Source: Promethearchaeota archaeon
GTDB lineage: Archaea > Asgardarchaeota > Lokiarchaeia > Sigyniarchaeales > SOKP01
NCBI GenBank assembly: GCA_030603385.1
Contig: JAUVXW010000011.1
Location: 1 to 64,000, forward strand
Direction of reading: 5' to 3'
Length of the DNA: 64,000 nucleotides
Under the pieces are notes generated by a model. The model was not told the origin of the DNA. It ran no database searches and saw only the letters and a program-made list of their open reading frames with translations. The position numbers were made by a program, and so were the translations under genes. Of this stretch, positions 1 to 8,203 are shown piece after piece. Within the stretch, counting starts at the first letter, position 1; each line of letters begins with the position of its first letter.

Positions 1-345
1 AATTTCCAGAAAAAGCCTGCAATAACAATCTATGCCACAAATTGTAAGAAAAAGAAGTTTTATCAAAGTGCCTCGTGAATGATCGTGCCGTACCTCAAAA
101 TAAGGAGCAAATCCCTTTACTTTCTCTTCAATACTAGAATACTCGAATTTGGAGATAGCGACCTTCCGTGTTAACTTGGATTTTGAGATTTGGAAACAAT
201 AATAATCCCCACTACTTTCATTGTATACTTTACGATACGTTGAGTCGTCTTTATTTTTCCCCATTTCATCCTCAATTGCATTAGACGCAAAGAAACCAAC
301 TCTATTACTGCAATAATAACATCTGGGTTTATTTCGTTTGAACAT
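1..345 (-). CDS. Hypothetical Cys-containing protein, partial (runs off the window edge)
   Basis: Not in the ORF track. Hand translation from ATG at 345 is open to base 1 (MFKRNKPRCYYCSNRVGFF...LTICGIDCYCRLFLEI). A GGAGAG Shine-Dalgarno-like motif lies just upstream and there is an N-terminal CxxC. Confidence 0.6.
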   Translation of the reverse strand, partial: MFKRNKPRCYYCSNRVGFFASNAIEDEMGKNKDDSTYRKVYNESSGDYYCFQISKSKLTRKVAISKFEYSSIEEKVKGFAPYFEVRHDHSRGTLIKLLFLTICGIDCYCRLFLEI

Positions 346-401
346 TTTTCTCTCCGTGCATGTTTATCAATTCTTTAATTATATTTATAAATATAAAAAG
401 C

Positions 402-520
402 GACTCCTACCAGCAGGACCTAATAACAAGGTCAAAATTAAATAGGGGGAGGATGGCGAAAATTGAGTGTACGCACGTACACTACCAAAAGACAAAAATC
501 CAGGATATCTGGTAGGAGTC
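402..520. repeat. 12-bp perfect inverted repeat enclosing two internal hairpins (structured element; ncRNA, leader or MITE-like)
   Basis: GACTCCTACCAG at 402-413 pairs with CTGGTAGGAGTC at 509-520. Internal stems are GACCT/AGGTC (417-433) and AGTGTACG/CGTACACT (466-483). Confidence 0.6.
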
Positions 521-737
521 ATGGTTAGGTTTTTATCTTCCTTATTCTAAAGATAAATATTTTTACATTTAAATCTATTTACCGTACATTGTTTTAAATA
601 TATAAAGAAAAAAAGATCTGGATTTTTCATCTGTTCGCATTCTTATTTAAAAAAATCAAAAATGGTGGCAAATTGTTAGTTTGAACTATTAAATCGGTTA
701 ATACAAATATTCATGTAATTAATTTAGAGCTTTACTT

Positions 738-1751
738 TTATTCTATATCTAAATTCCAATTAACAGACTCTCTTAATATTTTTAAAACCTCAAGTTTTTT
801 ACCAAAATCTGGATCCTCTTTTAACATTTTCTTTACAATTTTTTTTAGAATTTTTTTAGGATCTTCCAATGGATCTTCAATATTAAAGTGTTTCTTATAT
901 AAAAGGTTTTCAAATGTATTTCTTTTAATTCCAAGGCTTTCAAGTATTTCACGTTGTTCTAATCTGTGTCTTTTATCCTTATAATTTTTATACAATCTAT
1001 TAATATATTTAATTGATTTTTCTACTATCTTTGTTGTTAATGCTCCTATTAATCCAGTGATTACACACATTAGTATAAATGAACCTGGTTCTATTGATTT
1101 TATTAACACTGGTGGAATATCTATTTCAAAAAGGTCTCCAGTAAGAATTTTTGCTAATTTTTGAAATCCTTCTATTATTTCTGTAAATTCAATCAAATTA
1201 GGAAGTTTTTCCCCATCAGTATATTCTAATCTTAGTGTGAAATTGTAATCACGTCTTTCTATATCTTTTATCTGATCCTTATAAAATCCTATAATACTTT
1301 GCGCAGATTCTCCCAAAAGAAATATTTGTGTAATTTTAATAGGATTATCAATGAGAATTAGTGTTTCTAGATACTCAAGGTTTTCTAATCCCTTAATATC
1401 TTTAATAAAATTCATACCTAAATTTAGATATTGCAATAAATTTAAAGTCTCAAAGCCTTCAATGGTGGTAATGCGATTATTCCATAAAGATAAATATTCT
1501 AAATTTTTTAGATTCTCAAGCCCTTCAATTTTCGTAATTTGATTCATAGTTAAATTTAGTGTTCTCAAGTTTGTAAGAGATTCAAGCCCTTCTATTTTGG
1601 TAATTTGATTCATAGCCAAAACTAAATGCGTTAAATTTTTTAATTTATTTAAACCAATTATTTCTGAAATGTTTTTTACATCTTCATTTATTATCTTTAA
1701 TTTACCTTCTTCTACTAAAAACTTCTCTCCTTTATATATAACATGTGTCAT
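738..1751 (-). CDS. Leucine-rich repeat protein (SDS22/internalin-like 22-aa repeats) fused to an unrelated C-terminal domain with a hydrophobic helix
   Basis: About 5 repeats of LxxLxLxxNxIxxIEGLExL. The C-terminal half has IKSIEPGS followed by FILMCVITGLIGALTT. Confidence 0.85.
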   Translation of the reverse strand: MTHVIYKGEKFLVEEGKLKIINEDVKNISEIIGLNKLKNLTHLVLAMNQITKIEGLESLTNLRTLNLTMNQITKIEGLENLKNLEYLSLWNNRITTIEGFETLNLLQYLNLGMNFIKDIKGLENLEYLETLILIDNPIKITQIFLLGESAQSIIGFYKDQIKDIERRDYNFTLRLEYTDGEKLPNLIEFTEIIEGFQKLAKILTGDLFEIDIPPVLIKSIEPGSFILMCVITGLIGALTTKIVEKSIKYINRLYKNYKDKRHRLEQREILESLGIKRNTFENLLYKKHFNIEDPLEDPKKILKKIVKKMLKEDPDFGKKLEVLKILRESVNWNLDIE

Positions 1752-1835
1752 TGATCCCGCTCCTCAAGTAATTTAATTAATATCTATTCAACCGTAATTT
1801 TTATATTTTGCGTAGATTAATGGATTAAATATCAA

Positions 1836-2474
1836 TTATTTTATCAAATTCAAAATATAATGATACCACTCAGTTTTCGTTTTGAAACCTTTTTTTAGCC
1901 AAGTTCTTAGAAGAAATAATATGAAGAACGGGAAATTTTCCTTAATAAAATGACTTAAAATTTGTTCCATTGTAGAGTGAGGATATAGATATTCCTCCTT
2001 TATATTGATAGGTTTTATGTTTTCGGGGTGAGCGATGTTGTTTCTATAGGTGAAACTAAGATTAATGAAATATTCAAGATCTGCTTTAGTTTTAAATTCT
2101 TTGAGTGAAGCCGCTAGCGGATATTTATTTTGGAAAATATATTGCCAATATTCCTTTTGATCCTGATATATTTCTAAAAATACTTTTGTGCATGGCACCC
2201 TTTTATTATGCTTAGTTACATCGTTCGTTATAGTAAATTTTATCTTATGGGTATTTAATGATTTATAGACATCGCGCTGATACAATAATCCTTCAAAAGT
2301 AGATATTAGAAGAAAATTTTGTATTAGATCATAAGGGATATTAATGAAGGTTCTTAATACTTCTAAGGCATATCTAAAAATATCATTCTCTTGTAGAGAT
2401 GTAGCACTGTGATAGAAATTATTATAGAAATCAGTTGATAGGAAACAGCTCTTTTCACCTTTGAATAGTTTCAT
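1836..2474 (-). CDS. HEPN-domain protein (RxxxxH ribonuclease-type motif), possibly 5'-truncated
   Basis: Upstream helix LLISTFEGLL and motif YRNNIAH. An in-frame TAA lies 5 codons before the ATG, so no longer N-terminus exists in this frame. Confidence 0.6.
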   Translation of the reverse strand: MKLFKGEKSCFLSTDFYNNFYHSATSLQENDIFRYALEVLRTFINIPYDLIQNFLLISTFEGLLYQRDVYKSLNTHKIKFTITNDVTKHNKRVPCTKVFLEIYQDQKEYWQYIFQNKYPLAASLKEFKTKADLEYFINLSFTYRNNIAHPENIKPINIKEEYLYPHSTMEQILSHFIKENFPFFILFLLRTWLKKGFKTKTEWYHYILNLIK

Positions 2475-2764
2475 CGAAGTGAAGAATTATGGGAATAAAA
2501 CAATCTCGAAAGATGATGTTGAGAGGGTAATTGTGTATAAAAAGCAGAGTGAGATCGTTATTGCTAAAGATAGCTTAGAAGTAAATAAGTCGTTGAAAAT
2601 TGAAAGCTAAAAATATTTTAATTTGAAGAATAATTTCATATTCGATGAGAACAGAAAGTGTAAAGAGCAAATCTTAATAAGGGTATTGGACTATTTTAAT
2701 GTGAATAACGTAAGGTGAATCCATTATTCCCTGTTTTTTCGAAAAGGTAAGAATTAAACAATTA

Positions 2765-2938
2765 ATGCGAACACTTAAAGATATCTCTCAAGAACAGATC
2801 TATCAAGAGCTCCTTAAAGAAAATAGTGATGATGAGCTTCATGAAATGGAAGAAAATGAGCTGTTGCTCTTAATTCTTGAAGTCTTAAAGCGAATCAAAA
2901 AAAAGATGAGAAAGGAAGTAAAACTTATCTATATTTAA
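2765..2938 (+). CDS. Small helical hypothetical protein (57 aa)
   Basis: Not listed in the ORF track. Hand translation is MRTLKDISQEQIYQELLKENSDDELHEMEENELLLLILEVLKRIKKKMRKEVKLIYI, ending 14 nt before the next ATG. Confidence 0.45.
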   Translation: MRTLKDISQEQIYQELLKENSDDELHEMEENELLLLILEVLKRIKKKMRKEVKLIYI

Positions 2939-2952
2939 TCTGTGAGAATGTT

Positions 2953-3162
2953 ATGCACCAATATAAAATTAATGAATATTTAGAACTAAGGCTGGAAGGG
3001 AACACTACAAATATTTATGTAAGGGGCAAGTTGTTTAGACAATGTAAATATTTACTTCTTAATATCTCTGAAGATAAAATTGAAGAGTATAAGGAAATCG
3101 AATCTATAGATGAGGCAGGAAAAACCTTAGACCATTTCTTAAGTTCAATTAAGAATCCCTAA
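2953..3162 (+). pseudogene. N-terminal fragment of an expanded Lokiarchaeia protein family (often LRR-associated)
   Basis: YKINEYLELRLE...TNIYV.G.LFRQCKYLLLNI...IESIDEA matches the family N-terminus as I recall it. It stops before the usual FWGHCSN-like motif and collides with the opposite-strand fragment. Confidence 0.55.
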
Positions 3163-3342
3163 AGCTTCACACATCTTTTTAGCAGCATCATTTTCTGCTG
3201 ACTTTTTGCTTTTTCCATTACCTATTATTGTATTTTGGACATTTTTAAAGATTTCTTGAAAAGAATTTGCATTATTACCTGGTTTAATAATTAATTTTAT
3301 AATATAACTAGGTGCATGATTTGGGCCACTTTTATTTATCAT
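3145..3342 (-). pseudogene. Isolated double-stranded RNA-binding domain (RNase III C-terminal-like) fragment
   Basis: dsRBM signature SGPNHAPSY...IGNGKSKKSAENDAAKK. The first helix and any catalytic domain are missing, with an in-frame stop about 14 codons upstream. Confidence 0.7.
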
Positions 3343-3388
3343 AATAATGACAAAAAAGTTTAAAAATCCTATGTTGAAATATAATTAT

Positions 3389-5644
3389 ATGGAGCAAAAT
3401 AAAGACGATATCGTTATTATGTTCATTTCTGATCTTCATTTTAATCATAAACAAGATAATGACCCAAACGATTTTTATTTTTGTCAGCGCAAGATATGTT
3501 TAGACAACCTTTTAGATTTTTTAACAAAGATTAAACTTGATTGGAAACCAGATATTCTTTCTGTTGTGGGAGATCTTGCATATTATGGAATAAAAAAAGA
3601 TTATGATTATGCACTTACATGGCTTAAAAAAATACAGAAAATTCTAGGAATAACTTCACAAAATCTTTTATTATGTACAGGAAATCATGATAGGGATCGT
3701 AATAAATGTAAAGATATAAAATATTGTAAGGATAGGAATGAAGCGAATAGCCTTATATCGTTAAATTATATTTCCAATTTATTCTGTGGATTTGGAGATT
3801 TTATCAATTTTAAAAAAAATGAATTAAAAATAGTCCCAAACAAATTTGGATCAAGATCTGGTTCTTTCTATGAAAATTATTTATTTGGGTCAAAAACAAT
3901 TGAAGACATAAACTTTGTTGAATTAAATTCGTCATGGTTTAGCAAATCAAATGAAGATTTTGGTAAATTATATCTGGGGAAAAAATTATTACACACATTA
4001 AATGCTCATAATCAAATTCAAAATAGAAATAATTCAAATCAATTAAGTGTAGTGATTTTCCACCATCCTCCACATTGGTTCGGAGATTATAATGAATTTT
4101 ATAATGATTTTGAATATATCAACGAAAAATGTCAGGTAGTCGTAACTGGACATGAGCATAAAGCTAGTTCTTTGATTAACTGTCAAACAAAAACATTACA
4201 AATACGATTAGGATCAACATACTCTAATTACATGAGTAAGAACTCTTTTTATTTATTAAGAATATCAAAAGATATTAATTTTTTAGAATTACAGCAAGTA
4301 AAATGGGATCCATATAGTGAAAAATGGGAAATAAATTATCAAAATGAATACTGTGGTTATTATCGATCCCCCAATCCTGAGAATTATACAACAGCTCAAA
4401 TAGAAAAATTGATAAAAAAAGAACTTTCATTAGAAGAAAATAAACACGCTAATGAATTTTTAAAGAGAGTCTTACCTCAGTTAAAAAATATTGGACCTAT
4501 TCCTTTAGAAGTGATAAAATCATCAATTTTTCCAACAGTTACAAAAGAAAAAGGAATAAATGAATTCATACCAGATCAAGATTACATATTCCGTTATGTT
4601 CATTTAGGATTTATTAATGATAAAAAACCAGAACAAATTATGCCTCGTTTCTTTTCCTTTTTAAATGGCTCTATGTCAATTGCATGGTCGAAATATATAT
4701 CTGCAGAGGAGTTATTTGAGCAATTAAAAGAAAAGAAAAATGAGTATGGTATTCTTAGAATGAAAGTTAGTCAATTAAGAGAAATAAAGGAATTAGAAGT
4801 ATCCCATACTCCAACACCAGAAAACAAATCTCATGCTTTAATCACGATCAAGTCTCATGAACCAAAGAGCACTCAAATTCTTATTAGAGTTAACCTCGCA
4901 AAAATTGCAGAATGGGCTATAAAACCAGTAGTAAAAAAACCAATTCAGATCGTTATTACCTGTATTGGTTGTGATGAAAAGGAATTACTTGAAAAAATTA
5001 TTAGTATAATAAATTCTAGTCAAAAATCGTTTGAATACACGATTTTCTCATCGCTAAAAAGTGAAAATTATCGAAATAGAAAGGAATATTTTACAACTAA
5101 TGAAATCTTTAATTTACTAAGAGATTTACGGAAACAGCTTTCTGGAAATAAGTCCAATATTATTGGTCTATGCAAATTAAGACTAAATGGAGAGACATAT
5201 TCTAATCTATTTAGCTCTCTTGAAGAAAAGGAAGGGCGTTTTACGGGTCTTGGTGTAATAACTCTTTATCAGTTAACTAAACTTTTGGATAAAATTCCTA
5301 TAGAGGTCTACTTGTTATACCGATTTATTGATTATGGATTTCGATTAATAATTGGCCATGCCATGGGACATACTGAACCAGAGCATCGATTTTGTTTTTA
5401 TGATCTAAAAACTACCAAAAAAGACATAAATGTTATCTTAAAGAATGGTATTTTGTGTGAAAAATGTACAGGAAAGCTTAAAAGTAAATTTCGTTCAGAT
5501 CAATTAGCTGAATTTTATAATCTTCTTGAAAAAATTGTTTTAATTGCAAAATCTTCTAATCCAAAAGCAAATTTTTTAGATTTATACAACAATTGTATCT
5601 CAAAATCAGAATTTAAGCAAATCGCTTGGTCAAATACCATATGA
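3389..5644 (+). CDS. Calcineurin-like metallophosphoesterase fused to a putative ART/RES-like domain and a degenerate zincin-like Cys domain
   Basis: Motifs SDLH, VGDL, GNHD, FHHP and TGHEH. Middle domain YIFRYVH...MSIAW...HTPTPENKSHALI. C-terminal GHAMGH...FCFYD...KDI...LCEKC. The track starts at 3347 but ATG 3389 is the more plausible start. Confidence 0.8.
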   Translation: MEQNKDDIVIMFISDLHFNHKQDNDPNDFYFCQRKICLDNLLDFLTKIKLDWKPDILSVVGDLAYYGIKKDYDYALTWLKKIQKILGITSQNLLLCTGNHDRDRNKCKDIKYCKDRNEANSLISLNYISNLFCGFGDFINFKKNELKIVPNKFGSRSGSFYENYLFGSKTIEDINFVELNSSWFSKSNEDFGKLYLGKKLLHTLNAHNQIQNRNNSNQLSVVIFHHPPHWFGDYNEFYNDFEYINEKCQVVVTGHEHKASSLINCQTKTLQIRLGSTYSNYMSKNSFYLLRISKDINFLELQQVKWDPYSEKWEINYQNEYCGYYRSPNPENYTTAQIEKLIKKELSLEENKHANEFLKRVLPQLKNIGPIPLEVIKSSIFPTVTKEKGINEFIPDQDYIFRYVHLGFINDKKPEQIMPRFFSFLNGSMSIAWSKYISAEELFEQLKEKKNEYGILRMKVSQLREIKELEVSHTPTPENKSHALITIKSHEPKSTQILIRVNLAKIAEWAIKPVVKKPIQIVITCIGCDEKELLEKIISIINSSQKSFEYTIFSSLKSENYRNRKEYFTTNEIFNLLRDLRKQLSGNKSNIIGLCKLRLNGETYSNLFSSLEEKEGRFTGLGVITLYQLTKLLDKIPIEVYLLYRFIDYGFRLIIGHAMGHTEPEHRFCFYDLKTTKKDINVILKNGILCEKCTGKLKSKFRSDQLAEFYNLLEKIVLIAKSSNPKANFLDLYNNCISKSEFKQIAWSNTI

Positions 5645-5846
5645 GAATAAAACAAAACTCTGGGCACCTTGCAAAAAAGGTAAGAAAGAAAGAGCAGAGT
5701 AATTTTCATTACTCCCAGAGGGGCGATAAGGTAATCCACAAAAATGAGGTTATGAGAAAAATAGTGATCGTCTTTACATTCGATATTAACTATTTAAATA
5801 CCACATAAAATTCTTCTTTTAAATGCAGTCAAGTTATTAGGGGATT

Positions 5847-6908
5847 GTGACTTCAGAAGCAAAAGACGTCTATGAGCCGGATCAAAAATATAAGAAATCT
5901 TTACCCTTAGTCAAAACACAAAAATCTGAATATAACGGACAAAAATGTAGTCATTGTGGTAAGCGGATAAAGGTTACCGATCGTTTCTGTGGATTAAGCT
6001 ACGAAAGAACCGATCATATTACTCATCAAAGGTTATATTATTACCAACAGGCAATGTATTCTATTTATAAGTTTGTAAAGACAACTTATGATTTAATCCC
6101 CCAAACTTCTAAAGGTGGAGCACTTTTTAAGAAAGATTATTTCCTTGATTTTGCTTCACCATCGATAGAAAGCATGACTTTGATTCAATCTTTTGAAAAA
6201 GCTGGAAGACCACCATTACCTACTGAATATATCGCAAATGGTTATGATTACAATTATTGGTCAACAAAAATCAATTATGCTTTCCAAAAGGTATTTCATT
6301 TATGTAAATTTAGGGGATTTGATCCATTTTTCAGACCACTCCAAGATGGAGAAACACTTGACAGACATCATTTCAGAGTCTTTCCATTTAGGAAAATGTC
6401 TTCTCATGTCCGAGACTTTGTTATGACAACACAAAGCTATCATAAAGCAGATTTTGAACAACTTTATAAGGAGATGGGATGGCTTCAAGCAGAAGCTTAT
6501 GTCGAAGCTCTTATAGGAACTATTGAAGAACTTGACGGTTTAAGAGAGCATGGTAAAATCAAACAAATCACCGAACAGGATTTAATCAATGCCCTGAAAC
6601 ATAATTTCGGTGCTGAATGGAGAGATCCATATAATAGAATACTAGAAAAGAATGATGGCGATTTAGAGGAAGCTATTAAGGTTTTTAATGAGAGGGGAAA
6701 AGAAATTCAAAATAATGGGTATTCGGGATTTCTAGAAGTTGATTTTAATTCAGCTTATACAAAACAGCTCAGTTTAGTAAATAAAATTCAATTAGCAAAG
6801 GTATTAGGAGTTATAGCTAGTAAAGAAGATTTTCTTATTTTTGATGAAATGTTTCCAGGAATGCTACCACTACCAAGGAACTTCGCAAGAATAACTAATT
6901 TCATATAA
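5847..6908 (+). CDS. Orphan HNH-like nuclease module homologous to the C-terminus of the giant protein, with a chimeric zinc-ribbon N-terminus
   Basis: GFDPFF...RHH...SSHVRDFVMTTQSYH...ITEQDL...FNER aligns with the giant's GFDSLFF...IHH...SIHIRDLLITKTQYH...ITEQDI...FNKR. The N-terminal CSHCG...RFCG is an incomplete zinc ribbon. Confidence 0.75.
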   Translation: MTSEAKDVYEPDQKYKKSLPLVKTQKSEYNGQKCSHCGKRIKVTDRFCGLSYERTDHITHQRLYYYQQAMYSIYKFVKTTYDLIPQTSKGGALFKKDYFLDFASPSIESMTLIQSFEKAGRPPLPTEYIANGYDYNYWSTKINYAFQKVFHLCKFRGFDPFFRPLQDGETLDRHHFRVFPFRKMSSHVRDFVMTTQSYHKADFEQLYKEMGWLQAEAYVEALIGTIEELDGLREHGKIKQITEQDLINALKHNFGAEWRDPYNRILEKNDGDLEEAIKVFNERGKEIQNNGYSGFLEVDFNSAYTKQLSLVNKIQLAKVLGVIASKEDFLIFDEMFPGMLPLPRNFARITNFI

Positions 6909-7003
6909 ACATGGATATTATAAAATTAAAACACACGTAAAATATATATTTGGAATTTTTTTCTTTTATTATAATATATACATCTTGTAAGGTTTATATT
7001 TTT

Positions 7004-7381
7004 TTGAAGACAAAGAGATTAATACAAATAAAAGATCCATTATTAAGAAAAATACGCTTAGGGCTTCGCCAGATTCTTTTAAATGAATCTAAAAAGAGAT
7101 TAAATCTCTTACATGATAAAAGAAGAGATCTACAAGATAGTCAAGAATTAAATCAGTTAAGTTATGATGAATATATACACTTAGTTAATCCAATTGTTGA
7201 AAAAGTAAATAAAATTCGAATAGAATTATCATCTTCAATAGTTGTGTGTGCAATTTGTCGAGATATCGAAGGGGACCGTGTTTTTAGTCCTAAAGATAAA
7301 ATCTGGTATTGTCCTAAATGCTATGCAATTCTCGAGAAATCTTATAAGAAGGAGATTGAAGCTCTCGGGAAAATCAATTAA
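7004..7381 (+). CDS. Putative immunity/partner protein: helical hairpin plus CxxC-CxxC zinc finger, paralog of 18727-19287
   Basis: KRLIQIKDPLLRKIRLGLR...SIVVCAICRDIEGDRVFSPKDKIWYCPKC matches RAIIIKSQRLRKVRSELR...SICSCSLCGSSDKDMIYIPKFKQWDCVEC. TTG at 7004 chosen as start by alignment with the paralog (track start 6950). Confidence 0.75.
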   Translation: MKTKRLIQIKDPLLRKIRLGLRQILLNESKKRLNLLHDKRRDLQDSQELNQLSYDEYIHLVNPIVEKVNKIRIELSSSIVVCAICRDIEGDRVFSPKDKIWYCPKCYAILEKSYKKEIEALGKIN

Positions 7382-7471
7382 TCTTTAATTTACTTTTATT
7401 TTCAAACCACAAATTTTAATTAAGTGTGCTGTTTTATGTACTTAAACATAATAATTATAAGTGAATATTTT

Positions 7472-8089
7472 ATGGCTCAGCAAATTATGGTTCCTGGAGC
7501 GTGTGGTGTAGCTATCAAATGTAAGGATGGTGTTGTTCTTGGAAATGACCGACGGGCAACTTGGGGATATACAGTTACAAACAAATCAACAAAAAAAGTG
7601 TTTAAAATAACTGAATATATTGGAATGGCCGCTTATGGATTAATTGGGGATTTTCAAATTCTTGTAAAAATCCTCCGAGCGCAAGCAAACCTGTACATAT
7701 TAGACGCAGGTGAACGAATTTCTACTAAAAGTATGGGAAAAATGGCATCTAACTATTTATATTCAAGGAAAATGATGCCATTGTATACCAATTTGGTTGT
7801 TGCGGGTATGGATATAGGTGGTCCTGAATTATATACACTAGACGCAATTGGCTCATTAATGCCAGATGATTATGCTGCTGTCGGGACAGGTATGCTGTTG
7901 TCTTTTGGAATTCTTGAGGCGGAGTATAAGCCCACCATAAACGTTACTGCTGGCGAAAAATTAGTAGAAAAAGCAATAAGGAATTCGATTTCACGGGATG
8001 TAATGTCTGGTAATGGTATTGATATTTTGACAATAACGAAGGATGGAGCAAAAGAGAAGTATTTAGAGGTTAAAGAATTAGGTGAATGA
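7472..8089 (+). CDS. psmB: 20S proteasome beta subunit, probably non-catalytic (Ala at the Thr1 position)
   Basis: PGACGVAIKCKDGVVLGNDRRAT...KKVFKI...LDAIGS...AVGTG...RDVMSGNGIDI is an Ntn-hydrolase beta-subunit pattern. ATG at 7472 preferred over GTG at 7424. Confidence 0.92.
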   Translation: MAQQIMVPGACGVAIKCKDGVVLGNDRRATWGYTVTNKSTKKVFKITEYIGMAAYGLIGDFQILVKILRAQANLYILDAGERISTKSMGKMASNYLYSRKMMPLYTNLVVAGMDIGGPELYTLDAIGSLMPDDYAAVGTGMLLSFGILEAEYKPTINVTAGEKLVEKAIRNSISRDVMSGNGIDILTITKDGAKEKYLEVKELGE

Positions 8090-8203
8090 CTTTCACAGCT
8101 CTTTTTCTTAAAATTTAATAACTTACCTAATAATCATTAATAATTTATTGTATGATTTCTTCCTTTTATTATGTATTAGAATCCATATCGCGGGTAAATA
8201 ATT

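Noticed and set aside
402-520. tRNA or CRISPR repeat
   Set aside because: No cloverleaf with T-loop/D-loop consensus and no repeat-spacer periodicity. I saw no CRISPR array, rRNA or tRNA anywhere in the window.
5515-5808. ORFs 5515-5739 (-) and 5626-5808 (+) as genes
   Set aside because: Short, mutually overlapping and overlapping the phosphoesterase 3' end, with no motifs. They may be debris but cannot be supported.
6909-7003. Apparent similarity of the tip-to-partner spacer with 19288-19346
   Set aside because: Both begin TAAACAT and share ATATATAT and T-rich tracts, but the DNA is too AT-rich to call this significant without an alignment test.
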